Source: an uncultured Gemmatimonadaceae bacterium
GTDB taxonomy: Bacteria; Gemmatimonadota; Gemmatimonadetes; Gemmatimonadales; GWC2-71-9
Assembly (NCBI GenBank): GCA_964449145.1
Contig: CAYUYF010000001.1
Coordinates: 64,166 to 128,165 of the forward strand
DNA length: 64,000 bases
Direction: 5' to 3'
Made by a program: the position numbers and the translations under genes. The notes under the pieces were generated by a model, which did not search any database, was not told the origin of the DNA, and saw nothing but the letters and a program-made list of their open reading frames with translations. Position 1 is the stretch's first letter, and each line of letters starts with the position of its first letter. Positions 23,132 to 31,252 of this stretch are shown one piece after another.

Positions 23132-23818
23132 ATGTCCTATCCGGCCTTGGTGGAGCGGTTGACAGAGGTTCGGGCCAGGATCGCTGAACGGCAGGCTACC
23201 CGGGGTTGGAGTCACCCGGTGACCATCGTCGCTGTCACCAAGACCCACCCGGTGGAGGCGGTTCGTGCTGCGGCGCAGGCGGGCATCACCGCGGTGGGTG
23301 AGAACCGGGTCCAGGAGGCGCTGCACAAGCAGTCCGAGGCACCGGACCTGCCGGTGGAGTGGCACCTCATCGGGACGCTGCAGCGCAACAAGGCCAAGCA
23401 CGCCGTCAATCGGTTCGCGTTGATCCATTCGATTGACAGTCTCCCGCTGGCCGCTGATCTGGACCGGCGGGCGGCGGCCGGGAGCCGACAGCCGGTGCTG
23501 CTGCAGGTCAACTGCTCCGGGGAGCCGCAGAAGGGTGGGGTGGACCCAGGCGGACTTCCGGCACTGCTGGAGCAGCTGGGGGCGCTGCCGCGGCTCGAGG
23601 TGCGCGGCCTGATGACCATGGCCGAGCTGAGTGAGGATGAAGGGGCCCCGCGCGCCGCGTTTCGGCTGCTCCGCACCCTCCGGGAGGACGCCGCCCGACG
23701 GGGTCACCAGCTGGCCGAGCTGTCGATGGGAATGTCGGGTGACTACCTCGTGGCGGTGGAAGAAGGCGCCACGATGGTCCGGTTGGGAACCCTGCTGTTT
23801 GGAGAGCGCCTGCCATGA
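23132..23818 (+). CDS. yggS: YggS family pyridoxal-phosphate homeostasis protein
   Basis: 'VTIVAVTKTHP' (PLP lysine), 'GENRVQE', 'WHLIGTLQRNK' and 'SMGMSGDY'. The start is chosen at ATG 23132 ('MSYPALVERL'). Confidence 0.9.
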   Translation: MSYPALVERLTEVRARIAERQATRGWSHPVTIVAVTKTHPVEAVRAAAQAGITAVGENRVQEALHKQSEAPDLPVEWHLIGTLQRNKAKHAVNRFALIHSIDSLPLAADLDRRAAAGSRQPVLLQVNCSGEPQKGGVDPGGLPALLEQLGALPRLEVRGLMTMAELSEDEGAPRAAFRLLRTLREDAARRGHQLAELSMGMSGDYLVAVEEGATMVRLGTLLFGERLP

Positions 23819-24330
23819 ATGACGACGCGTTTCACCTCACGCCGAACGATGTCCGCGCGCAGGAGTTCCGGCGCGCCTTCCGTGGCTATGATCCCGAACA
23901 GGTGGAGGAGTTTCAGGTTCGGGTCTCCGAGGAGCTGGACCGCCTGCTCCGGGAAAAGGCCAAGCTGGAAGACCGGATGCAGAACTTCCAGGAACAGCTC
24001 CGCTCCTTCCGCGACCGGGAGCGCGCCATGAACGAGGCGCTGCTGGCCGCCCAGCAACTGCGGGTGGCGGCGCAGGAGCAGGCCGAGCGGGAGGCCGAGA
24101 CCATCGTCCGGGAGGCGCGGTCGGATGCCCTGCGGCTGGTGGGACAGGCCCAGGAGGAGGAGCGCCAGATCCGGGAGCGCCAGGATGCGCTGCAGCGGCA
24201 GTTCGCCGCCTACCTGGCCAACTTCCGCGCCTTGCTGGAGCGACAGCTGGGGGAGGTGGAAGGTCTGCAGTCCCACGCCCAGATCACCCATCAGGTGCAG
24301 ACGGAGCTCCTGCTCAAGCGACACGCATGA
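23815..24330 (+). CDS. divIVA: DivIVA domain protein
   Basis: N-terminal 'LTPNDVRAQEFRRAFRGYDPEQVEEFQVRVSEELDRLLRE' is the DivIVA lipid-binding/coiled-coil signature. ATGA overlap with yggS. Confidence 0.85.
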   Translation: MNDDAFHLTPNDVRAQEFRRAFRGYDPEQVEEFQVRVSEELDRLLREKAKLEDRMQNFQEQLRSFRDRERAMNEALLAAQQLRVAAQEQAEREAETIVREARSDALRLVGQAQEEERQIRERQDALQRQFAAYLANFRALLERQLGEVEGLQSHAQITHQVQTELLLKRHA

Positions 24331-25160
24331 CCGAGACGCCGCTCTACGACCGGATCCAGCAGGCGGCCGCCACGGTGCGCGGCCGCTCGTCGCTCACCCC
24401 CCGCGTCGCGGTGATTCTTGGCACCGGCCTGGGTGGCCTGGCCAAGGAGATCAGTGTCGACCAGATCATTCCCTACGAGGACATCCCGGGTTTCCCGCTC
24501 TCCACCGTCGAGAGTCACGCCGGCCGGCTGATCCTGGGCACTCTGCGTGGCACGCCCGTGGTGGCCATGCAGGGACGCTTCCACCGCTACGAGGGCTACA
24601 GTCTGCAGGAGGTGACCTTCCCGGTGCGGGTGATGCATGCGCTCGGGGCTCGCACCCTGGTGGTGACCAATGTCTCTGGCGGCATGCACCCCCTGTGGGC
24701 GCCGGGAGACCTCGTGCTCATCGCGGACCACATCAACCTGCTGGGCGACAACCCCCTGATCGGCCGGAACGACGACCGACTCGGCCCGCGCTTCCCCGAC
24801 ATGTCGGACCCCTACGATGCCGAGCTCCGGGCCCAGGTCCGGGCGCTGGCGCTGGCGCAGGGGACGATGCTCCGGGAGGGAGTCTACGTCTCGGTTCCCG
24901 GTCCCAACCTCGAGACTCGGGCGGAATACCGGATGCTCCGGGCCATGGGAGCGGATATCGTCGGCATGTCCACCGTGCCGGAGGTGATCGTGGCGGTGCA
25001 CCAGGGGATGCGGGTGGCCGGGCTGTCGATCATCACCGATCAATGCCTGCCGGATGCCCTCCAGCCCGCCAATATCGAGCACATCATCGCCATCGCCATG
25101 GGCGCCGAGCCCCGTCTCACCCGCCTGGTGGCGGAACTGGTCGAACAGCTGCACGCATGA
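24327..25160 (+). CDS. punA: Purine nucleoside phosphorylase (trimeric PNP/PunA family)
   Basis: 277 aa. Contains 'AVILGTGLGGLA', 'GRFHRYEGY', 'VTNVSGG' and 'GADIVGMSTVPEV'. Confidence 0.9.
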   Translation: MTETPLYDRIQQAAATVRGRSSLTPRVAVILGTGLGGLAKEISVDQIIPYEDIPGFPLSTVESHAGRLILGTLRGTPVVAMQGRFHRYEGYSLQEVTFPVRVMHALGARTLVVTNVSGGMHPLWAPGDLVLIADHINLLGDNPLIGRNDDRLGPRFPDMSDPYDAELRAQVRALALAQGTMLREGVYVSVPGPNLETRAEYRMLRAMGADIVGMSTVPEVIVAVHQGMRVAGLSIITDQCLPDALQPANIEHIIAIAMGAEPRLTRLVAELVEQLHA

Positions 25161-28100
25161 CCTACCAGCCGTGGCCGGAGGGCGGTGCCGACCAGATGGA
25201 AACGGCGCTGCTGCAGCAGTGGGCCCGCGAGCGACTCTTCCAGCAGACGCTCGATGCCAGCCAGGGAGGGGTGCCCTTCGTCTTCTTCGAGGGTCCGCCG
25301 ACCGCCAACGGCAAGCCCGGCATCCATCACGTCTTCTCCCGCACCATCAAGGACCTGATCTGCCGCTTCCGGACCATGCAGGGACGGCAGGTGACCCGGA
25401 TCGCCGGCTGGGATACCCACGGGCTCCCGGTGGAGATCGAGGTCGAGAAGCAGCTCCAGCTCAATGGAAAGAAGGCGATCGAGGAGTACGGCGTCGAGGC
25501 GTTCAACCGCCTGTGCCGGGACAGCGTCTTTACCTACAAGGCCGACTGGGAAGCGTTGTCGAACCGGATCGGTTACTGGCTGGACTACGAGCACGCGTAC
25601 GTCACCTACACCAACGAGTACGTGGAGACGGTGTGGTGGCTGCTGGGGCGGCTGTTCGAGCGGAACCTGCTCTATCGCGGGCACCGGGTGCTGCCCTACT
25701 GTCCCCGCTGCGGCACCGTGCTCTCCAGCCACGAGCTGGCGCTTGGCTACGAGGAGGTCCGGGACAAGTCCATCTACGTCACCTTTCCGCTGGCCGATGA
25801 CAGCGGCCGGGAGCTGGTGGTGTGGACCACGACTCCCTGGACTCTGCCGTCCAACGTCGCCGCCGCCGTGCACCCCGACCTGGCCTACGCGCTGCTCCAG
25901 AGCGACAAGCACCCTGGCCGCACCTTCGTGGCGGCCGAGGCACGGGCGGAGGCGGTTTCGGAGATGCTGGGGGGCGCAGTAACGGTGGCCGGCACGGTGC
26001 CGGGCGCTCAGCTGGTCGGGCTTCGCTATCGCCGACCGCTGGACGTGGTTCCGCTGCCGGAGGACCGGGAACACTCGGTCATCGTCCCCGGGACCTTCGT
26101 GACTGCGGACGACGGGTCCGGCATCGTGCACATGGCGCCCGCGTTCGGCGCCGACGATTACGCCGCGGGGCAGGAACACGGCCTCGCCCTGCTCCGGCCG
26201 GTGGCCGCCGATGGCACCTTCCAGGGCACCTCCTGGCCCGAGATCGAAGGCCGGCTGGTCACCGCCGACGAGACCAACGAGCTGATCGTCCGCCGGCTCA
26301 AGGCCGATGGCCGATGGCTGCGCACGGAGCAGTACGTGCACACCTATCCGCACTGCTGGCGCTGTCGCAGCAAGCTGATTTACTACGCACGGGACAGCTG
26401 GTTCGTCCGCACTTCGGAGATGAAGGAGCGGATGCTGGAGATCAACCGGGGCGTCAACTGGCAGCCACCGGAAGTAGGTGAAGGCCGGTTCGGTGCCTGG
26501 CTGGAGAACAACGTGGACTGGGCCCTCTCCCGCGACCGGTACTGGGGCACGCCGCTGCCCGTCTGGGTCTGCGACCAGGACCCCGCCCACGTCGAGGTGA
26601 TCGGGAGCTACGAGCAACTCGCCAGCCGGTGGGGCCAGGCGTTGCCGCCCGACTTCGATCCCCACAAGCCGTTCATCGACGGGTACACGTGGGCCTGTGA
26701 CTGCGGTGGCACCATGCGGCGGGCGCCGGAAGTGATCGATACCTGGTTCGACTCGGGCGCGATGCCCTATGCCCAGTGGCACTATCCCTTCGAGCACGCC
26801 GAGGAGTTCGCCGCCCACTTCCCGGCGGACTACATCTGCGAGGGGGTGGACCAGACCCGCGGGTGGTTCTACTCACTGCTCGCGATCGCCACGACCGCAT
26901 TCGACAGCCCAGCCTACCGGAACGTCATCGTCAACGAACTGATCCTCGACGCCGAGGGTCAGAAGATGTCCAAGAGCCGTGGCAACGTGGTGGACCCGTG
27001 GGAGCTGATCGCGGAGTTCGGCGCGGATACTGCCCGGCTGTATCTCCTGGTGTCCAGCCAGGTCTGGCTGCCCAAGCGGTTTGACCGGCGGCAGATCGCC
27101 CAGGTGACCGGCGACTTCCTCCGGGCGCTCCGGAACACCTACGAGTTCTACCGGCTCTACGCCGGGCCGGCCCCGCTGGCCCCGCCCCCCGTGGCCGAAC
27201 GGCCCGACATCGATCGCTGGGTGCTGGCCCGGTTGGAGGCCACGGTGGAGCAGGTGAGTGGCGCGTGGGGCGGGTACGAGCCGACCGCCGGGGTTCGGGC
27301 CCTGATGGACTTCGTGGTGGACGACCTCTCGAACTGGTACGTGCGGGTGACCCGTGAGCGGTTCTGGGCCCCGGACGGCCAGGCCGACGGCGCCGCGGTC
27401 TCGACCTTGCGGCAGTGTCTCCTGACGGTGAGTCGCCTCCTGGCCCCGGCGGCGCCGTTCGCAAGCGACTGGCTGCACCGGGCCCTGACCGGGGACACCG
27501 TCCATCTGGCCGGGTGGCCCGCCGCCGAATCGGGCGGTCGGCCAGACGCCGAGTCGACCCTGCTGGTCGCCATGGACGCCATCCGCCGGCTGGCCTCCCT
27601 TGCCCGCGCGGCCCGGGAGAGCGGCAAGATCCGGGTGCGACAGCCCCTCGGGGAAATGCAGGTGGCGGTGCCGGCTGCGGTTCGTGGCCCGGCCTTCGAG
27701 AGGCTATTTTCCATCCTGCAGGCGGAGGTCAACGTCCGCCGCATCGTCGTGGCGGAGTCCGATACCGAGCTGGTCCGGCTCAAGGCCAAGCCCAATTTCC
27801 GGTCCCTGGGCAAGCGGTACGGCAAGGCCACGCCGGCGGTGGCGGAGGCGGCGCAGCGGTTGTCGGCCGAGCAGCTGCGGACGCTGGAAACGGGAGGACA
27901 GGCCGTCCTTCATGTGAATGGGCAGGACGTAGTGTATTTTCCCGAGGATATCATCGTGGAGCGGGAGGTCGCCACCAGCTGGCTGGTGGCCAGCGACGGC
28001 CCGTATGTGGCCGCGCTGAACCCGGCGATTGACGCCGAGCTGGGCGCGGAAGGCCTGGCCCGGGAGGTCGTCCACCACGTCCAGCGGCTGCGGCGGGACG

Positions 28101-28318
28101 CGGGATTCAACGTCAGCGATCGGATCGCCCTCGGGATCGAGGGCCCGGATGCAGTGCTGGACGCGGCGCGGGCACATCGGGACTTCATCTGCACCGAGAC
28201 CCTGGCGCGGCACTTCGAGGCAGGACACCTACTGCCGGATGCGGACCTCCGGCAGCGCGTCGATCTGGACGGACACGACGTGACACTCAGCGTGCGACGG
28301 CTTGCCGCCGGCGCCTGA
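25157..28318 (+). CDS. ileS: Isoleucyl-tRNA synthetase
   Basis: Starts at ATG 25157 (ATGA overlap with punA). The ORF-track start at 24125 is an out-of-context extension over divIVA/punA. Contains the class I motifs 'PPTANGKPGIHHV' and 'KMSKS'. About 1053 aa. Confidence 0.97.
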   Translation: MTYQPWPEGGADQMETALLQQWARERLFQQTLDASQGGVPFVFFEGPPTANGKPGIHHVFSRTIKDLICRFRTMQGRQVTRIAGWDTHGLPVEIEVEKQLQLNGKKAIEEYGVEAFNRLCRDSVFTYKADWEALSNRIGYWLDYEHAYVTYTNEYVETVWWLLGRLFERNLLYRGHRVLPYCPRCGTVLSSHELALGYEEVRDKSIYVTFPLADDSGRELVVWTTTPWTLPSNVAAAVHPDLAYALLQSDKHPGRTFVAAEARAEAVSEMLGGAVTVAGTVPGAQLVGLRYRRPLDVVPLPEDREHSVIVPGTFVTADDGSGIVHMAPAFGADDYAAGQEHGLALLRPVAADGTFQGTSWPEIEGRLVTADETNELIVRRLKADGRWLRTEQYVHTYPHCWRCRSKLIYYARDSWFVRTSEMKERMLEINRGVNWQPPEVGEGRFGAWLENNVDWALSRDRYWGTPLPVWVCDQDPAHVEVIGSYEQLASRWGQALPPDFDPHKPFIDGYTWACDCGGTMRRAPEVIDTWFDSGAMPYAQWHYPFEHAEEFAAHFPADYICEGVDQTRGWFYSLLAIATTAFDSPAYRNVIVNELILDAEGQKMSKSRGNVVDPWELIAEFGADTARLYLLVSSQVWLPKRFDRRQIAQVTGDFLRALRNTYEFYRLYAGPAPLAPPPVAERPDIDRWVLARLEATVEQVSGAWGGYEPTAGVRALMDFVVDDLSNWYVRVTRERFWAPDGQADGAAVSTLRQCLLTVSRLLAPAAPFASDWLHRALTGDTVHLAGWPAAESGGRPDAESTLLVAMDAIRRLASLARAARESGKIRVRQPLGEMQVAVPAAVRGPAFERLFSILQAEVNVRRIVVAESDTELVRLKAKPNFRSLGKRYGKATPAVAEAAQRLSAEQLRTLETGGQAVLHVNGQDVVYFPEDIIVEREVATSWLVASDGPYVAALNPAIDAELGAEGLAREVVHHVQRLRRDAGFNVSDRIALGIEGPDAVLDAARAHRDFICTETLARHFEAGHLLPDADLRQRVDLDGHDVTLSVRRLAAGA

Positions 28319-28354
28319 ACCCACGGCCGAGTAAGGCCAGGCAAGGGTATCGGA

Positions 28355-28738
28355 ATGAACAAGAAGCACTTGACCCACCTCGAGAAGCGGCTCATGGAAG
28401 AGCGGGCTCGCGTCATGAAGGAACTCGGCTACTACGACGAGTCCTTCAACGCCACGCTTCAAAACTCCGACGGCGACCTGTCGTCCTATTCCCTCCACAT
28501 GGCGGACCAGGGGACCGACGCCATGGAACGCGAAAAGCAGTTCCTGTTCGCGTCCCAGGAGGGCCGCTACCTGTGGCACGTCAACGAGGCGCTTCGGCGG
28601 CTCTACAAGACGCCCGACAAGTTCGGGGTCTGCCACACCTGCGGGAAGGACATCAACTTCGAGCGGCTCGACGCGCTGCCGCATGCGCGGCTGTGCATCG
28701 AATGCAAGGAAAAGGAAGAGAATGCCAAACGCCGCTGA
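28355..28738 (+). CDS. DksA/TraR family C4-type zinc-finger protein
   Basis: 127 aa. Contains 'CHTCGKDINFERLDALPHARLCIECK'. Its position between ileS and lspA matches ylyA of Bacillus. Confidence 0.85.
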   Translation: MNKKHLTHLEKRLMEERARVMKELGYYDESFNATLQNSDGDLSSYSLHMADQGTDAMEREKQFLFASQEGRYLWHVNEALRRLYKTPDKFGVCHTCGKDINFERLDALPHARLCIECKEKEENAKRR

Positions 28739-29282
28739 CCGGCGACTCTACTGGGGGGCCGGGCTGGTGGTGCTCCTGCTGGACCTGGTCACCAAGTTTC
28801 TGGCGGAGCAGCATCTGCTGCGCTCCGCCGGGCGGTCGGTGTTCGGCGAGTGGTTCCAGCTCCGGCTGGTCTACAATCCGGGGGCGGCCTTCGGGCTGGA
28901 CCTCGGGCCGTACTCCCGCTGGATCTTCATGGTGGTGGCCATCGTGGCAGCGGTGGCGCTCTTTCGGATGTCACGTCAGGCTGAGCCCGGAGACCGCTTC
29001 CGGCAGCTGGCGCTGGGGCTGGTCAGCGGCGGAGCGCTCGGCAACCTGGTGGACCGGATCCGTTCGGCGCAGGGGGTGGTGGACTTCCTCGATCTCGGTG
29101 TCGGCCAGTGGCGCTGGCCCACATTCAACGTGGCCGACATGGCGGTCAGCTGTGGCGCCATCGCCCTGGCGATCTCGCTGTGGCGGGAAGACGCCCGGAG
29201 GGAGACGGAGGCCAGCAGCGGCGGCCGGCCGCTGCCGCCGGAGCGCACCCCGCCGGAACCGGCTCTCGGGGGAGAGAAGTAA
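28722..29282 (+). CDS. lspA: Lipoprotein signal peptidase (signal peptidase II)
   Basis: Starts at ATG 28722 with an AAGGAAGAG Shine-Dalgarno. Contains 'LLDLVTKFLA', 'YNPGAAFG' and 'WPTFNVADMAVSCGA'. 17-nt overlap with the upstream gene. Confidence 0.9.
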   Translation: MPNAADRRLYWGAGLVVLLLDLVTKFLAEQHLLRSAGRSVFGEWFQLRLVYNPGAAFGLDLGPYSRWIFMVVAIVAAVALFRMSRQAEPGDRFRQLALGLVSGGALGNLVDRIRSAQGVVDFLDLGVGQWRWPTFNVADMAVSCGAIALAISLWREDARRETEASSGGRPLPPERTPPEPALGGEK

Positions 29283-29308
29283 CCGGCCTCGCGCCCGCTC
29301 CCCCTCCC

Positions 29309-30316
29309 ATGCCCCCGGCCACCTTTTCCGTCCTTCCCCCCACCACCGAGCGGCTCGACCGATTCCTCGCCGACCAGCTGCAGCTGAGCCGCACCGTGGC
29401 GGCCCGGCTGGTGGCCGAGAAGCTGGTGCAGGTGGGCGGCAGCGTCGCCCGGGCCTCGCGAACCCTGGCGCGGGGGGAAACCGTCACGGTTGCTTTCCCC
29501 GAACACCAGCCACCGCGCACCCTCATTCCCGCCGCGATCGAGCTTGATCTCGTGCATGAGGACGAGCATCTGGCGGTGATCAACAAGCCCGCCGGACTGG
29601 TGGTGCATCCGGCGCCCGGCCACTGGGACGACACCCTCGTCAACGCCCTCGTGGCCCGAGGAACCACCCTCGCCGGTGGTGCGGAAGGGCGGCCGGGTAT
29701 CGTGCACCGGCTGGACCGGGACACCTCCGGGCTGATGGTGATTGCCAAGACCGACCTCGCCCACCGGAAGCTCGGCGCCATGCTGGCCGCCCGCCGGATT
29801 GCCCGCCGCTACGCCGCACTGGCCTGGGGTCACCTGGATGAGAGCCCAATGGTCATCGAGGCACCGCTGGCCCGCCACCCGCGGGACCGGAAGCGGATCA
29901 CGGTGCAGGAGGAGGGGCGGGCGGCCCGAACCGATGCCTATGTGGTCGCCCGCCTGGCTCAGGTCGATCTCCTCCGCCTCGAGCTCCACACCGGTCGCAC
30001 TCACCAGATCAGGGTACACCTGGCCCACATCGGACACCCGGTCCTGGGCGATCCGGTGTACGGCGGCGGAGGAAGCCGGCGGATTTCCGGCGTCCAGCGG
30101 GTGGAGGCGGAAGCGCTGGAACGGCTGACCCCGAGGCAGGCGCTGCACGCGGCATGGCTGAAGTTTCGCCACCCGGCCAGCGGGGAGCCTCTTGAATTCC
30201 AGGCCGAGTGGCCTGACGATCTGGCACCTGTCCTTGCCCGCGCGCTGGCGCCGGAGCACGCCGTTGCTCAGCCCGAACCCCTCCGCTATCTTGGCTTCTT
30301 TGAAGGACATGGCTGA
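29309..30316 (+). CDS. rluD: 23S rRNA pseudouridine synthase, RluA/RluD family
   Basis: S4-like N-terminus ('RLDRFLADQL'), catalytic 'GIVHRLDRDTSGLMVIAK' and 'HQIRVHLAHIGHPVLGDPVYG'. Start at ATG 29309. Confidence 0.9.
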   Translation: MPPATFSVLPPTTERLDRFLADQLQLSRTVAARLVAEKLVQVGGSVARASRTLARGETVTVAFPEHQPPRTLIPAAIELDLVHEDEHLAVINKPAGLVVHPAPGHWDDTLVNALVARGTTLAGGAEGRPGIVHRLDRDTSGLMVIAKTDLAHRKLGAMLAARRIARRYAALAWGHLDESPMVIEAPLARHPRDRKRITVQEEGRAARTDAYVVARLAQVDLLRLELHTGRTHQIRVHLAHIGHPVLGDPVYGGGGSRRISGVQRVEAEALERLTPRQALHAAWLKFRHPASGEPLEFQAEWPDDLAPVLARALAPEHAVAQPEPLRYLGFFEGHG

Positions 30317-30743
30317 CATCTCCTCGCTCCGGCTGGTCCTCTTTCGGCTGGGTTCGCTCCCCTGCGCGGCGGCGGCCACCGTGGTGCGTGAGGTGATTCC
30401 GGCCGGCCAACCGACCAGAATTCCCGGGGCGCTGGAGTCAGTCGCCGGCCTGCTCAACGTGCGCGGTGCGCTGCTGACGGTAGTGGATGGACGCCGGGCC
30501 CTCGGCTTGACCGGAGTACAGGCAGCACCAGAATCGGTCCTGGTCGTAGACCTCGAATCACGGGTATTCGGACTGGCGGTGGACGAGGTGCTTGATCTCG
30601 TCGAAGTCCCCGAGGAGGACCTCGCCCCAGAGGAGAGCCTCCCCGGCGTGGATCCACGGCTGGTCCAGGCGGTGGGTAGACACGGCGGGCGGGTCTTTGC
30701 CGTGCTGGACGTAGGAGCCCTGCTCGCCCCAGCCACGGGCTGA
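30309..30743 (+). CDS. cheW: CheW-like coupling protein (copy 1)
   Basis: 144 aa. Contains 'LVLFRLGSLPCAAAATVVREVIP...IPGALESVAGLLNVRGALLTVVD' and 'VFGLAVDEVLDLVEV'. The ATG overlaps the rluD stop by 8 nt. Confidence 0.85.
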   Translation: MADISSLRLVLFRLGSLPCAAAATVVREVIPAGQPTRIPGALESVAGLLNVRGALLTVVDGRRALGLTGVQAAPESVLVVDLESRVFGLAVDEVLDLVEVPEEDLAPEESLPGVDPRLVQAVGRHGGRVFAVLDVGALLAPATG

Positions 30744-30882
30744 GGTCGTTCGGGACGGTGGGAGATTCAGGCAAGTGGCCGACCGGCGAGCGCCGGGCGG
30801 CGTCAGCCGCCGGACTGATGCGCTATGCTTCCGGCCCTCGGCAATCGTTCCAATGTCGTTGCTCGACTCCACGGGAGGCCGC

Positions 30883-31245
30883 GTGAGCCAAACGGTGCTG
30901 GTGTGCGATGATGCGATCTTCATGCGCACCATGATCACGGACATCCTGCAACAGGCCGGGTTCGAGGTGGTCGGCGAGGCCGAAACGGGGCGTGAAGCGG
31001 TGGAGAAATACCGCTCGCTCAAGCCGGATCTCGTCACCATGGACATCGTGATGCCGGATATGGGTGGCATCGAGGCCGTGCGGGAGATCTGCAAGGACGA
31101 TCCCGAGGCCCGGATCCTCATGTGCAGCGCCATGGGGCAGCAGGCGCTCGTGGTCGAGGCCATCCAGGCCGGTGCCAAGGACTTCGTGGTCAAGCCATTC
31201 CAGCCTTCCCGCGTGCTCGAAGCGGTCCAGCGCATCCTCGGCTGA
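30883..31245 (+). CDS. cheY: CheY-like single-domain response regulator
   Basis: 'VLVCDDAIFMR' (DD), 'DLVTMDIVMPDMGG' (phospho-Asp), 'MCSAMG' and 'DFVVKPF' (Lys). GTG 30883 has a GGGAGG Shine-Dalgarno 6 nt upstream. An in-frame alternative ATG lies at 30853. Confidence 0.9.
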   Translation: MSQTVLVCDDAIFMRTMITDILQQAGFEVVGEAETGREAVEKYRSLKPDLVTMDIVMPDMGGIEAVREICKDDPEARILMCSAMGQQALVVEAIQAGAKDFVVKPFQPSRVLEAVQRILG

Positions 31246-31252
31246 GGCCGGC

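Noticed and set aside
24125-25156. Long N-terminal extensions of ORF-track ORFs. Examples are the 'IleS' ORF starting at 24125 and others starting at 20368, 6383, 15359, 29108, 31064, 44433, 57385 and 50871.
   Set aside because: The extensions overlap the preceding, well-supported gene in another frame and have non-protein-like composition. In each case an internal ATG or GTG at or near the upstream stop gives the canonical N-terminus, so starts were reset to 25157, 20671, 6548, 15590, 29309, 31253, 44796, 58117 and 51000.
30796-30811. A GGCGGC-GTCA-GCCGCC hairpin between cheW1 and cheY as a terminator
   Set aside because: It has only a 6-bp stem and no downstream T-tract. It is noted as a possible structure in the sole sizeable gap of the array but not annotated as a terminator.
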